The notes under the pieces are model-generated. The model saw only the letters and a program-made list of their open reading frames with translations, was not told where the DNA came from and searched no databases. A program made the translations under genes and the position numbers. Below, piece by piece: positions 47,101-59,500 of a DNA stretch of 64,000 nucleotides (position 1 is the stretch's first letter; each line of letters opens with the position of its first letter). The DNA comes from Octopus sinensis (taxonomy: Eukaryota), in assembly GCF_006345805.1 (NCBI RefSeq), contig NC_043016.1, positions 12,214,001 to 12,278,000 on the forward strand, in the 5' to 3' direction.

Positions 47101-49969
47101 ATGTGTGTGTGTGTCTGTGTTTGTCCCCCCACTGTCGCTTGACAACCGATGCTGGTGTGTTTACGTCCCAGTAACTTAGCGGTTCGGCGAAAGAAGCCGA
47201 TAGAATAAGTACTAGGCTTACAAAGAATAAGCCCTGGGGTCGATATGCTCGACTAAAGGCGGTGCTCTAGCATGGCCACAGTCAAATGACTGAAACAAGT
47301 AAAAAGGTAATCTCCCCTGTAGATCACACACCAAAGTAGCACCAATCCCTCAAACACACAATAAAAACTTGTACAACATTTTTCACATAACTACGATCAG
47401 AAGCTAAACGAAATTCGAGTAGATGTGTGATTTTTTGATACAATAAACACACGTACGTACGCCCATTTGTCCGTACATATATATATCAGACTAGTTCAAA
47501 TATGTTTGCGACATACTTAAATTCCTAAAGCTAATTTCATTGTAGTTTATCACGGAGTAAAAATTATCGTTTATGGCAAATAATGTAAATATATCATTAT
47601 CAGCTTGATGTTACCCTCTATTGCCACCCCCACCAGATGCATTTCTGGCTTTTTAAACTGTCCTTAGATGAGGATACCAAAGAAAGGAAACCCTGAGATG
47701 ACCGTAAGTCGTAGCTTTATGATAAATCAGTCAATACTAGTGAATGGTTTTCGCTCGTTGACCACCCTCTCTCAAGAAATATATAAGTAGTAGCGCAAAG
47801 CATTGATGCAAAATAAACTTTAGGTTAGTTCAAATATGTTTGTGACATATTTTAACTTCCGAAAGCAACTTCATTCACTGAGGTTTAGTTAGGTGGAAAA
47901 AAACTCACTTATGGTAAAGTTGTAAACACACTGTTAGCAGCTCATGATGCCCTGTGTTGACAAAAAGAGACCAATAGATGCATTGGATCTTTTCCTTTTG
48001 AACGGTACTTTGTAACATAATTTCTAGGTAACTAAAAAGTTTTAAACTTCGTATACTGGTAGAATGTGTTTATAAAACATCATTTTCTCTTGGCTTTATT
48101 GAGAAAATTCTATAGCTTGTAAGATATTTCGTCTGAAATTACTTGCATTTCGGCAATTTTAACCAATCACTGGAGTCCATTTAGGTAAATAACATTCTGT
48201 GCATAATGAATATGTCCCTCCTTTAAGAAACAGATTGGGTTTATTTACATTTGTGAAGAAAAAAAGATACCCTTCCCCAACCCCTAACCCTAAATCTAAA
48301 ATAGATTGAAATGCAATAGATCGATACTAGGGTTATAATTATGGGTGACAATTTCATACGACACCGCTACGGAAAATGGGATTTTTTTCTAGCGATCCGA
48401 TGCATTTCGTTAAGCTGTCATCATACGCATTTATATATTTATTATGTATTAATGTATGTGTACTTGTGTATGCGCACCTATACCAATATATGGCTGTTAT
48501 TGTACCAACGGCTTTGTATTTTGTTGCTTTTGTGGTGAAATATATGTTTTAAAAAAGGCTATTATTTGTTGATGACGTGATAAGAATTTATAAAGTTTCG
48601 AGAGAACGCAAAATAATTCTTTTTATTTTTTTAACTAGATCTCGAAGCACATATAAAGCTATAAATAACAGCTTGTAAATATTGAATTAAAAAAAACATT
48701 TTTGTATGTAAAAATTCGAAAGCTGCTCCTGGGATTCGAACCCACATCTGTAGATATGACAAGCGTTGTACCATGGTAGGCGCTTTTTTTTTCCAACCCA
48801 ATAATTACAAGTTATTATTAGGTTAGCGAAAGGGCGAGCGTCAGACCGATAGTGATTATGTCCCTTTGCGTTCTAAATACGACCCAGCAAATGTGCTTAG
48901 AAGCAGTTGTGATCGTTCAGTGAATATAAAAGAACAGAATGCTTTAAGAGTTCTTTTGTCGTGAAGAGTTTTGGGGGTAAGAAACAACCTATGGGGGAGC
49001 TGGCAGAACTGTTATCGTGCCGGGGAAAAAAAATGAATAAGCAACATTTCTTTCAGCATTGCGTTCTGAGTTCGAATTACGCCGATGTCAGCTTTGCTTG
49101 TGGTGCACCTGAGCACTGTATACAATAATTTCATTATATTAAAATAATACTTTAAAATTAGTATGTGGTCACTCGACCTGCAAAAACAGCAGGCCCACCC
49201 CCCACCAAAAAAAAAGAAAAGAAAAAGAAATAAAGAAAATGAAAAAAAGGAAGAAAGAAAAAACCTCAGCACCGTACTATCTTTAAAAAGGCCATACTGG
49301 ATAGTGATAATCTTTTGTCGGTATAAAGGAAAGATGGAATAGTTGCATGAATACGTGTGACTTCAGTCCTCTGGAATGGAGGTTAATCAACGAAAATAGT
49401 CGGGGGAGTAGGAATACATACAACCAAAAGAGAACCGAAAGCAAAATGCTACTTTCCATCTCCCAATTCAAACTATTCTTGATTAAATTGAAAATAAAAA
49501 GTATTTGCATAAAACTGATTGATGCCATTCCTCGTATAAAAATATGGAAATCAAGATCCTCCCTTTGAATTCTATTTTCTATACAAAAGTAGGAAATAAA
49601 ACTCAAAAAGGTTTTCTTTCAATGGCAATATTTTTATCATATTTAATAATCTAAAGGCGATGGAGTTGAGACAGAAACCGAACCTCTAGTATTTACTTTC
49701 GTTATTTCACAATCAGATCCTTCCTAAGCCGACTTTGTGTTATATATAAAGAATCGATAAAAGTCCAATAATGGGATCGATTCAACTGACTTCTACGGTC
49801 CCCTCCGAATTTGTAGCAATATTAAAAATCAATAGTATTTAACTACGATTCCCTTACCTCCTGCTACACACACAGATGCAATCATGCACGCGCGTTTACG
49901 AGCGCGTGTAATTATGAATGTACGAACATATTTTAACATTTTACACACATATAGAGAGAGCAAGATGTT

Positions 49970-49979
49970 GATAGATAGA

Positions 49980-50019
<40 letters not shown>

Positions 50020-50098
50020 TAAATAGATAGATAGGTAGGTAGGTAGGTAGGTAGGTAGATAGATAGATGGATAGATAGATAGATAGACAGACAGACAT

Positions 50099-50162
<64 letters not shown>

Positions 50163-50208
50163 GTAGATAGATAGATAGATAGATAGATAGACAGATAGAT
50201 AGACAGAC

Positions 50209-50283
<75 letters not shown>

Positions 50284-50295
50284 CATATAGATAGA

Positions 50296-50327
<32 letters not shown>

Positions 50328-50336
50328 TAGACAGAC

Positions 50337-50371
<35 letters not shown>

Positions 50372-50388
50372 CAGATAGATAGACAGAC

Positions 50389-50419
<31 letters not shown>

Positions 50420-50456
50420 TAGATAGATAGATAGTTAGACAGATAGATAGATAGAC
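49970..50456. repeat. (GATA)n/(GACA)n tetranucleotide array, ~490 bp
   Basis: Read directly. Explains the spurious LSIY-repeat ORFs. Confidence 0.97.
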
Positions 50457-51053
50457 ACAGGCATATGTGCGCGGATTTATTGGTGCATGCACACATACAT
50501 ATATATTATATACATACATAAATATATACACAGACGCACGTACGCGTAACAGGGACATCAGGTTGTGCAAGGAAAATGTTGCACATCCACCAGATATAAC
50601 AACTTCCTAGATATTAAGCTCCCTCAATAATATAATCATTAGTCATATCGCTAAACTAATTTCTTTGTTTTGTTTCTAGTTATGAAATATTGCAGCAGTT
50701 GTTTCTAAGATATCATTATACATTCCGACAGTTATTTGTATAATGGTATGGCGTAATTGGGTGACAAAAAATATGAGGGACAAGTTCGAACTCTTGTCTC
50801 TGCATATTCTCTGTCCCTTTTTGTAAAGAGAATCTAATTTTCTTTCTAATGTAATTTGTTTTCAAATCTAATAAATTAGTCAACCGAAACTGATTTTCTT
50901 TCTAATGTCGTAATTTTTATTTCAAAATCTAAATAAAGCACAGAGACAGAATTAAGTCAGTTCTATGATTTGGTAAGCTGGGTGTTTTGACGTCACAATA
51001 TCAGCTGTTGATTCTAGGAATCGGTCTAAGTATTTCCCATAAAACAATTTATT

Positions 51054-51479
51054 GGCAATCTTTCGTCTCTAGTCAATCTTTCCGTCGATTTTCGTAAATT
51101 TTTTTTTTTTTTTACATATGGGCTTGCGGGAACTTTTGAAGTAATGAGAGCGAAAGAGACTAAGAGAGAGCGATTGTATGACGAGGGAAGTTCTTTTGAA
51201 GTTACCGTGCATGGGAAGCATTGATGTACATGTGTGTGTGTGTGTGTTTGATGGGGTGTGGGAGACAGACAGTATGTTGTGTAAGTGAAGTGCTTCTGTT
51301 AGTGTGTGTAAAGAGACAGAGTAATGTGTGAAAGAAAGAGATAACTGAAATTTTTTACTCGGTGTATGTGTATATATGTATGTATATTACTTCAAAAGTT
51401 CCCGCAAGCCCATATGTAAAAAAAAAAATTTTTTTTTACGGAAATCGACGGAAAGGTCTACTAGAGACGAAAGATCGCC
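51054..51479. mobile_element. Second copy of the same MITE, opposite orientation, 8-bp TSD
   Basis: Reverse complement of 42841-43264 with few differences. AATTTATT on both sides (51046-51053 and 51480-51487). Confidence 0.88.
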
Positions 51480-52064
51480 AATTTATTAGTGTTGATCTTA
51501 ACTGCTATAGGATAACAGTATCAGTGAATTTTTTAAATAAAAGATACTCTTATTTTTACTGTATAATTCGTTCAGGGAAAAGTTGCATTGACACGCATGT
51601 AGTACATTCTCCTGCAACAGGAAAAGTTTTAGTCTTTCACCGGTATTATTTGAAAAAATTGCAGAATACACTGTGACAATAAAACTACCATATTCCTGTG
51701 AATACCGTGTTTGACGACTTAAATGGCGCACGGTCTTTCAAGATGTACTTAAAATTTTTGATAGATTCTTTCAGTCATTGCATATTAATGAACCAAACCC
51801 TAATTTGATAAGATAATGGTGCGTTTTCTGGGAATTTGGGTGTGTGTGTGTATTCTTTTATGTTTTGGTCATTTGACTGTGGTCATGCTGGAGTATCACC
51901 TTGAAGGGTTTCAGTCGAACAAATCGACCCCAGGACTTATTCTATCGGCCCCTTTTGCCAAACCGCTGAGTTACGGAGACGTAAACATACCAACACCGGT
52001 TATCTAGCGGTGGTAGTGGACAAACAGACACACACATATATATAAAATAGCATTATTAGTATAA

Positions 52065-52425
52065 AATTTAAAGTTTGCACAAGGCATGAGGATGTGGAAA
52101 CAGCATCGGCCTGTTTAGAAATAGGAGCTAAATTAGTAATTCAGCCGCCGGAAAGCACCAAATAACAGGAAAAACAACAGTGGGCCAGGAAACGGATTAA
52201 GAATTAAGACATTAAAAAGCATATCTTTAAAGAATATATTCATCTGAATGGCATATTCTTTAAAGATATGCTTTTTAATGTCTTAATTCTTTATCCGTTT
52301 CCTGGCCTGCTGTTGTTTTTCCTGTTATTTGGTGCTTTCCGGCGGTTGAATTAGGAATTTAGCTCCTATTTCTAAACAGGTCGATGCTGTTTCCACATCC
52401 TCATGCCTTGTTCTAACTTTAAATT
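52065..52425. repeat. ~360-bp near-perfect palindrome (arms ~173 bp, 15-nt loop)
   Basis: AATTTAAAGTT..CAAGGCATGAGGATGTGGAAACAGCATCG...AAGAATAT pairs with ATATTCTT...CGATGCTGTTTCCACATCCTCATGCCTTG..AACTTTAAATT. Confidence 0.92.
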
Positions 52426-52443
52426 ATGTGTGTGTGTGTGTGT

Positions 52444-52833
52444 GGTAATCTTTCAGTTTATGACGTTTAAAAAAGTAAATAAAAATGAAGCCTAAACGAC
52501 AGCATCTTCACTCCTCACAAAGTGATTGTGCACTAGGAGGACTTTGTGGATCCAACAAATGAGGACGTCCACACGCAAAAAGTGAAGAATATGTGGATGC
52601 GGGTGAAAAGAAAAATTACGGCGACAATTCGGAACGTCGGACAATTCATTTGTGTCATATTTACACGAATTCACATGGAGGAATTCTGTTTAAAAAAAAA
52701 AAAAGACTTGTTCACTTTTTGGTGACGATAGCACAGGTCTACGTTGTTTAATAGTTGACTTATTTATTCCCCCTTGTTATTTCCCCTCTTACGTTTATTT
52801 ACTTTTTTAAACTCCCTAAACTGAAAGATTACC
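52444..52833 (+). mobile_element. Internally deleted Merlin (IS1016/ISXO2-like) DNA transposon
   Basis: ~40-bp TIRs GGTAATCTTTCAGTTTA..GTTTAAAAAAGTAAATAAA. Internal relic HKVIVH*EDFVDPTNEDVHTQKVKNMWMRVKRK/LRRQFGTSDNSFVSYLHEFTWRN matches the Merlin C-terminal H.VNH..FVDP..G.HTQ.IE..W...K...SYL.EF.WR motif. Confidence 0.85.
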
Positions 52834-52974
52834 TATATATATATAGGGAACATGAAACTCAGAGTAACAGGTTTTGTTGAATTTCTGCTGCTTTTAAATA
52901 AAGCATTTTACTCTACCCCTGGTGTTTGAGTACTCTTTTTTTCCACCTTGTTTCACATTTATGTGTTTACTCCG

Positions 52975-52975
52975 G

Positions 52976-53007
<32 letters not shown>

Positions 53008-53157
53008 TGTATGTGTGTGTGTGTGTGTGCGTGTGTATGTATGTGTGTGTGTGCATGTATGTATGTATGTGTGTGTATGTATGTATGCATGCATGTATGT
53101 ATGTGTGTGTGTGTGTGTATGTATGTGTATGTGTGTGTGTGTATGTATGTATGTATC
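52975..53157. repeat. Compound (TATG)n/(TG)n microsatellite
   Basis: Read directly. Confidence 0.95.
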
Positions 53158-53559
53158 AGCTGTGTGATAGGAAGTTTACTTCCCAACCACATCGTTTCAG
53201 GTTCAGTCCCACTACGTGGCACCTCGGGCAAGTGTCTTCAGTTATAGCCTTGGGCCAACCAAAGCCTTGTGAGTGGATTTGGTAGATGGAAACTGAAAGA
53301 AGCCCGCCGTGTATATATGTCTGTGCGCGCGCGCGTGTGCATGGCCGCCGTCTAATGACTGAAACATGTAGAAGATAAAAGCAAAAATAAGATATGTATG
53401 CATTAAATTTTACTATAAATTTGTTGACTCTATCCTCCGTATTGAGTCTAGCAGACAGGCTTGTGTTTCGGAGAGAAAATGAGATTTCAGATCTGAACAA
53501 GATGAACTATTTTCAATGTATGGGAAACTGGTAAGACACTATTGTGTTGCATGGTGACT

Positions 53560-55368
53560 CCAAACGGCGTGCAGCGACATCAAGATGTAAGTGGAAGGAG
53601 TGATCTCGGGTGATGAAATGGGGGAAAAAAACAGTTACAATGATGCGAGATATCTTGGTGAGAGTGAGAGCGGAGGATCCGGAGAAGGGCAGCTGGTATG
53701 TGCCTGAAACAGAAAAAGGGATCGTATGGTGTGACGCAAGGGGCATAATGATTGTAGTAATTTCCGAAATGATTCGGGAAGAAAAATTTTTACGACCACA
53801 TGAATGTAACTGAACTGGACCCTGTGTTGAAAGGTGTGAACTTAGCGCTTAGATGGGGGACTACGTGCTGTCGAGATTCGGACCTGTTCTGCCTCGGTAC
53901 AGGGGTGGGTCGCTCAGTAATTACCGATCAGAAGAGTATCCGAATGAAAGGGGCCGCGGAAATGATAAGCGCCACCTGAAAATCATGAGAGAGTTAGCTG
54001 ATAAGTTTGGCCCGAAGCCGTAAGGTAGTTTTTGTGCCTGTGAATAAAAACAAAAGCAGATGTTCTAACGAGGGTTTAAAAAAACCCCCCAAAAAACACT
54101 GGTTGGAAGTGAAAGAGGATTCGTTGTGTGTAGTGGTTGCAACATGTCTGCTAGAGGGCCCAAAGCTGAGGAAGCTGCACAATATGCACCACATGGGAGT
54201 CGACAGGACTCTATTTTTGGCAAGAAAGGCCGATCCTGTTGTCGCAAGGTAGTTGGTAGTTGCAACTGGTGTCAGTCCTTCAGCCTCGCACCGAGTGTGC
54301 ATGAGACTGGAAATATTCGAGTGGAGGAAGACTGGAAGAGTCTAGCGATAAACGTAACGCACAATTTGTGAAGGTTGTACCTGTGGACCAGGATGGATGG
54401 AGGGGAATCAGGATTGGGACTGCGGCCGAACTTCCAAACTTACTCAATACAGTATTCTTGAAAAGGAGACCAGTAGATAAGCTGTTGGTGGACAACAGCA
54501 CAACGTTTCTTTCGGAGCAGCTGAAGGAACTGCTCGAAAAATGGAACATCAGCTATTTCTTCAGAGCTGTATACAGGCCCAGTGGAAATGAAATTGTGGT
54601 ATGACACCATCGCACAATCAAAGTCATGACTGAGAGAGGAGGAATCTCCCCCAGTGAGGCAGTTTTTTGTACACAATGTTGCCCAGGATAGGACAAGCCG
54701 AGGCGTCGGTCCCGCAAAAAGTCATATGCCAGTACGAATGGAGACACCCAAATGCAGAACGGCAGCAGGCAGAAGTGGAAGGTTCTGTACTTCATGTTTT
54801 CAAGTCGGAGACAAAATGTGGGTGAAGCCACCTAATGCATGGTGCAGAACTCAGTGGAAGAAAGGAAAGATGACGGCAGTTAAAACTCGGTATAACGTAT
54901 CAGTGGACAGGACTCTGCATCACATCTTGGACGTTCGTAAAGTTGTTAGCTCCTCTGATGACGAAGGAAAGGGAGAGACCAGCCCCATGACATTGCGAAG
55001 ATCACGAAGGGGGCGTCAACTACCCAGATGGATGGACGACTTTGAAATGGAATAGAATGGATGTGATCTTTAGATCGGGGCGGAGCGGGGAGTGAAGGGA
55101 TATGTATATGTTGAGACCAGAAGCAAAGGGGAGTGACACTGCGTCAAGAAGCGGAGCATTTGAACAGCCTATTTGTTGGAACAGATTCGGAGGCGAAGGA
55201 CGCGTAGAGCGAATTTCGCAGGAGCAGTAATTTCTGACCAGAGGATGGGATAGTATACACATGTAGGAACGTCCAACGAGTTTTTCTGATCCTAGTGGAG
55301 TGTAGCTTTTTACTCTATTCGGAAGTACGCCTCGAAGAGCATTTGTATTTTACCCCGTCCCTTCTACA
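53560..55368 (+). mobile_element. Ty3/Gypsy LTR retrotransposon 3' fragment (RNase H, integrase, PPT, 3' LTR), degenerate
   Basis: RNase H relic GIVWCDA ... ELD.VLKGVNLALRW. Integrase relic HHMGVDRTL...C..C...LLVDNSTTFLS...WNISYFFRAVYRPSGNEIV..HRTIK. PPT GGGGCGGAGCGGGGAG at 55077-55092, then TG (55093) to CCCTTCTACA (55368). Confidence 0.85.
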
Positions 55369-56585
55369 TTGATTTTAACATGCATACGCAAGGAAAAATT
55401 TATTTCAGTTGGTTCAGTCTATTGTTACTTTGAAGTTTCTCTCTGTGGCTGGTTTCTCAGACAGCTGACCTGCTTCATTTTTCGAACCTACCGCCCTTTT
55501 CAAGCCTTCGTTGACCAGTAGAATGAAGGAAAGATGTTATCTCTAGATTATAGATGTTGCCTGTTGCTTGCTACAGAGTATTCTAAGCTAAAGACATCCA
55601 AAAGCTCAGTGATGTGTTAAACCGGGCGACGACAACTAGTTATTAACGAGAGTGAGTGAAGTAGAAAAATACTTACTTGATGTGAATATAATTGTGTTAT
55701 TATGCTACAGGAGGATACTAGTAAACGTATTTAGGTGGATGTCCACCCCGGGCGATGCTTTTATGGAGGCGACACTTTCGGATCTGCTGTATATGCCTGC
55801 AAAAGGAAGGCAGCAAACTCAAGAGTGGCACACACTCTAGCTGCATCACTGGAGGAGACTAGAGGGCCAAGTGCTTACTGAAGGGTGCTTCCCAGGCCTC
55901 TGTTCTTCGCTTAGTGTATGTATGACATATCTTAATGTTGAACGTGGATGGCGCCCGCAAACAAATTATTATGGTAAAACATGTTTTGTTAGAAGTACTA
56001 ATAAGAACCTCGGTAATGTTTAGAAAGAAGAGTAAGATGAACTATCTCTAAAACTTTGGTGGAAAGACGAAAGTCATTAGAATTTACGTTAGAGTGAGGC
56101 CTGCTATCACACACTACAATGGCATGTTTTGATAGGAAACTCTCAATCTAATATACGAGAGATGGATGTAGAACACAAGGCAAACAATTCAAATAGGAGA
56201 CTCTTATTTCAGACATGGTCAGAGACTGATGGTGTTGTGGTGTTGCTGTAGTTTAAACCCAGTTCAGCTCTGATCGAACAGATCTCTGATCAAGTTCTCC
56301 TACATACCTTTGAGCAAGCCTTTTATTTTAACGTTTTATATTTTGTATGAATAAATGCTGATGGATAGAATTGCCCTCAGTAACAAAATAAAAGGAATTA
56401 CGAGCTGGCAGAATCGGTATAGTACCAGGGAAAACGCTTTGCTGCATTTCTGGTTCTTTACGTTCTGAGTTCAAATCTTGCCGACGTCAGCTTTACTTTT
56501 CATCCCTCCAGGATCAATACAATAAAGAATCGACGTCGACTGTATCAACTACCTCTTTCCCCTCAGAATCACTGGCAGCATGCCT

Positions 56586-59500
56586 TTATTATTATTGTTG
56601 TTGTTGACGTTGTTGTTACACTAGTGCATGCAAATTTAGTCAGTAGATATTTTATCTTGAAGTTTGGTGACAACAAGTCTCCTCAAATTTCAAGAATCTT
56701 TCTTAGAATTCTTGCAGAATGTAGGATGTTACTTTTCTGCAAGTCGCCAATGCAAGTTTCAATTCCAGTCTCTTTCAGTCTTTTAAGTAGCATTTTTTGA
56801 TATTGTACCAAGTGCACCAATTACTACAGGAGTAATTGTTGTCTTGGTCTTCCAGTCTCTTCAGTACACTCGCTAGATCCTGATATTTTTCAATTTTTTT
56901 CAATTTCTTTGGCATCGATTCTACTATCATAGGGAACACCAAAATATATGATCTTACATTTGTCTTCTTTCTTCAATAATATGGTCAGCCTTTATGGATA
57001 AATCCCATAAGATCTTGTAATTCTCATTTTCTGTCCCAGGCTCTGGTTCATGTTCTTACCAACTTTCTGTTACTATGAAGCCATACACTCGGCCAACATC
57101 CAATTGCAATATTTTCCCTACAAAGTCATGCCTCAGCTTTTACTCCTTTTGCGCTAGTATACTGCACTCACTCAAAAGGTGAATGATACTTTCGTCTCCT
57201 TTCCTACAGATTCTACATTTGCTGTCTGACTGAGTTTTATTGATTTTCGCCTTCATCAGATTTGTTCGAAGGGCTTGTTCCTGAGCGGCTATAATTAACG
57301 TTTCTGTCTTTCGTTTCAAGTTCCCGTCCGTCAACCAGAGCCAGCAATCTTTACTTCCAACATTCTTGGTCTGTTGCATAAATTGGCTATGTAGTTCCAT
57401 TTCTTCCCATTTGTTTGTTATGTTGTTCTTCCTTTTCTTTTTGAATTCTACTGTTTCGGTCGCTTTTTGGATATCTTTGGCTACCGATAGTAATCTTTCT
57501 TTACTCTGCACAACATAATTTTACAGACCCAGTATCGCAGTATTAACAGTGTCTTCTGCATTTAGTAATCCTCTTTCACCTTCATTTCTTGGTAGGTAGA
57601 ATCAGTTGGTATTGCTTTTAGAGTGGAGTACACTGCGCATTGTGAACAGCTTTCTAGTTCTTCGATCCAAGTTCTGTAGCTCGATCTTTGTCCATTTCAG
57701 AAAGGGAACAGAATATCTCAATACGGGCATAGCTCATGTACTTATGGCTGTTATGATGTTCCTTCCATTTAATCTCGTTTCGAGCACCTTCCTAATTCTC
57801 CTCTTCTACTCTCTAGTGACTTTCTCTCTCATTTCTACTTCCATTATCCTGTAGTCTTGCAGCACTCTTATATATTTGTACGCCTCATTATTTTAGAACA
57901 ATCTAATGATGTTTTCTCGCAGTAATTTTATACCATCAGAGTTTACCTTCCAGCCTCTCTTCATAATTAATACTATGCACTTATTTACCCCAAACTACAT
58001 TCCATTATCTCTCTCTCTATAAACGGCAGTTTGTCTGTGCGTGTTTCTGTGTGTCTGTTTGCTTGTACCCTCACCCTGACCACGGCTTTCACCGATTCTG
58101 ATGAAACTTGACACCCCCATAGCCCAATGTCATAATTCAAAACTAACGCAGCGAAAATTTTGAAAAGTTCCCCCAGTTCTGAAAAAATCGATAAATTCGA
58201 CATGGGGTCGAGAATCACAAAACACAAACCGCAAACTGTCTAGGGGACGCAACCCACCTTTTTTAACTAAAAAAAAATTTACATCATTTTTTTTGCTATT
58301 TTTTGCTATAACTCTCTAAAAATGCTTTATAGTTATTTCTTACAAACCTGAGCAACGCCGGGCGATACTGCTAGTCTTTACTAAATACTCTTACTGTTTG
58401 GATCAAAGAGTCTGTGTCTGACTCATTTTTTTGTATACAACTTGAGCTCATCCATAAAATGTAAGTAATTTATTCTCATCTTGGATTTGGTAAACTCATA
58501 GCCCGGTCTAGATTTTCTCTGTATACTCGTCAGAGGGATTAGTGAAATGACAAAGCGATCGAGTCTCCCTGGTAAATGTCCCGGCGTATTTTCATGTTGC
58601 CTAGAAAATTCCTTTGCATATATCAGTTCTCCCTCCCATTCTATCATTGATTTCTCCAAAAAGTTGTTTATCTTCTCATTGTCTCTGAGTGCCCTCAGAC
58701 ACTCCAAGAGCCAGCTGTGCGAGACATTGCCATGAACGTTCATGTAACCTATCCAGTCAACAGCTAAATTCTACTTCCTTACTCATGCCTCATTTATTAT
58801 TCTGCTATCTGTGTATAGAGCAGATCAACAGTTCCGTTTGATTTCTTCCTACATCCTTTTTGTTCCTCTAGCAATAGATTTTTCCTTTTCCAGAAAACTG
58901 TACACTTCATCTGTTATTAGGCCAGTTATTAATTTTCAGAGTAACGATAAGCACGTAATAGGTCTATAATTGTCGACTTCCCTTCCCTTTTCTTTGTCCT
59001 TCTGTATCAGCACTGTACTTCCTTTTGTCGTCTGTGTTGGTGTTCCACTTTCTCTGCAGTTACACTTTCTACGGTCGTATATAAATGTGTATACTAGGGA
59101 AATTCACGAACTACCAACTCTGGAAGCCATTTGCTCCAGGAGTTTTCTAGTTTGGTATTTTTTTAGTAATTTCTTTTACTTACTTATCTGTGATTGCTAT
59201 ATTTTCTTGAGTCTCTCCATCTTTCATTTCTCTTTTAAATTCCTGCAACCAGTCTGTTTTCATATTATGTTGGACTTCTTTGTTCCAGATTTCAGCCCAG
59301 AATTTCCCTGTTGTGGAGACCTCCCCCGGTTTCAATTAGGATATTCACTGTCTTATAACGATTCATTTTTTGGGTGGGGAGGTTGGTAGGGTTAGGTTTA
59401 GAAGTCTTTGCTCCGTGTTAGGGAATATGTATTTCTCTGTCCAAATTTTATCCATTCTTTTCCGCTATCCTATATTGGTAGGCTCGCTTCTGTAATAATA

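Noticed and set aside
48278-48300. CCCTAACCCTAA telomere-like motif
   Set aside because: Only about two units, inside a dispersed repeat that has a relative at ~63310-63520. It is not an interstitial telomere array.
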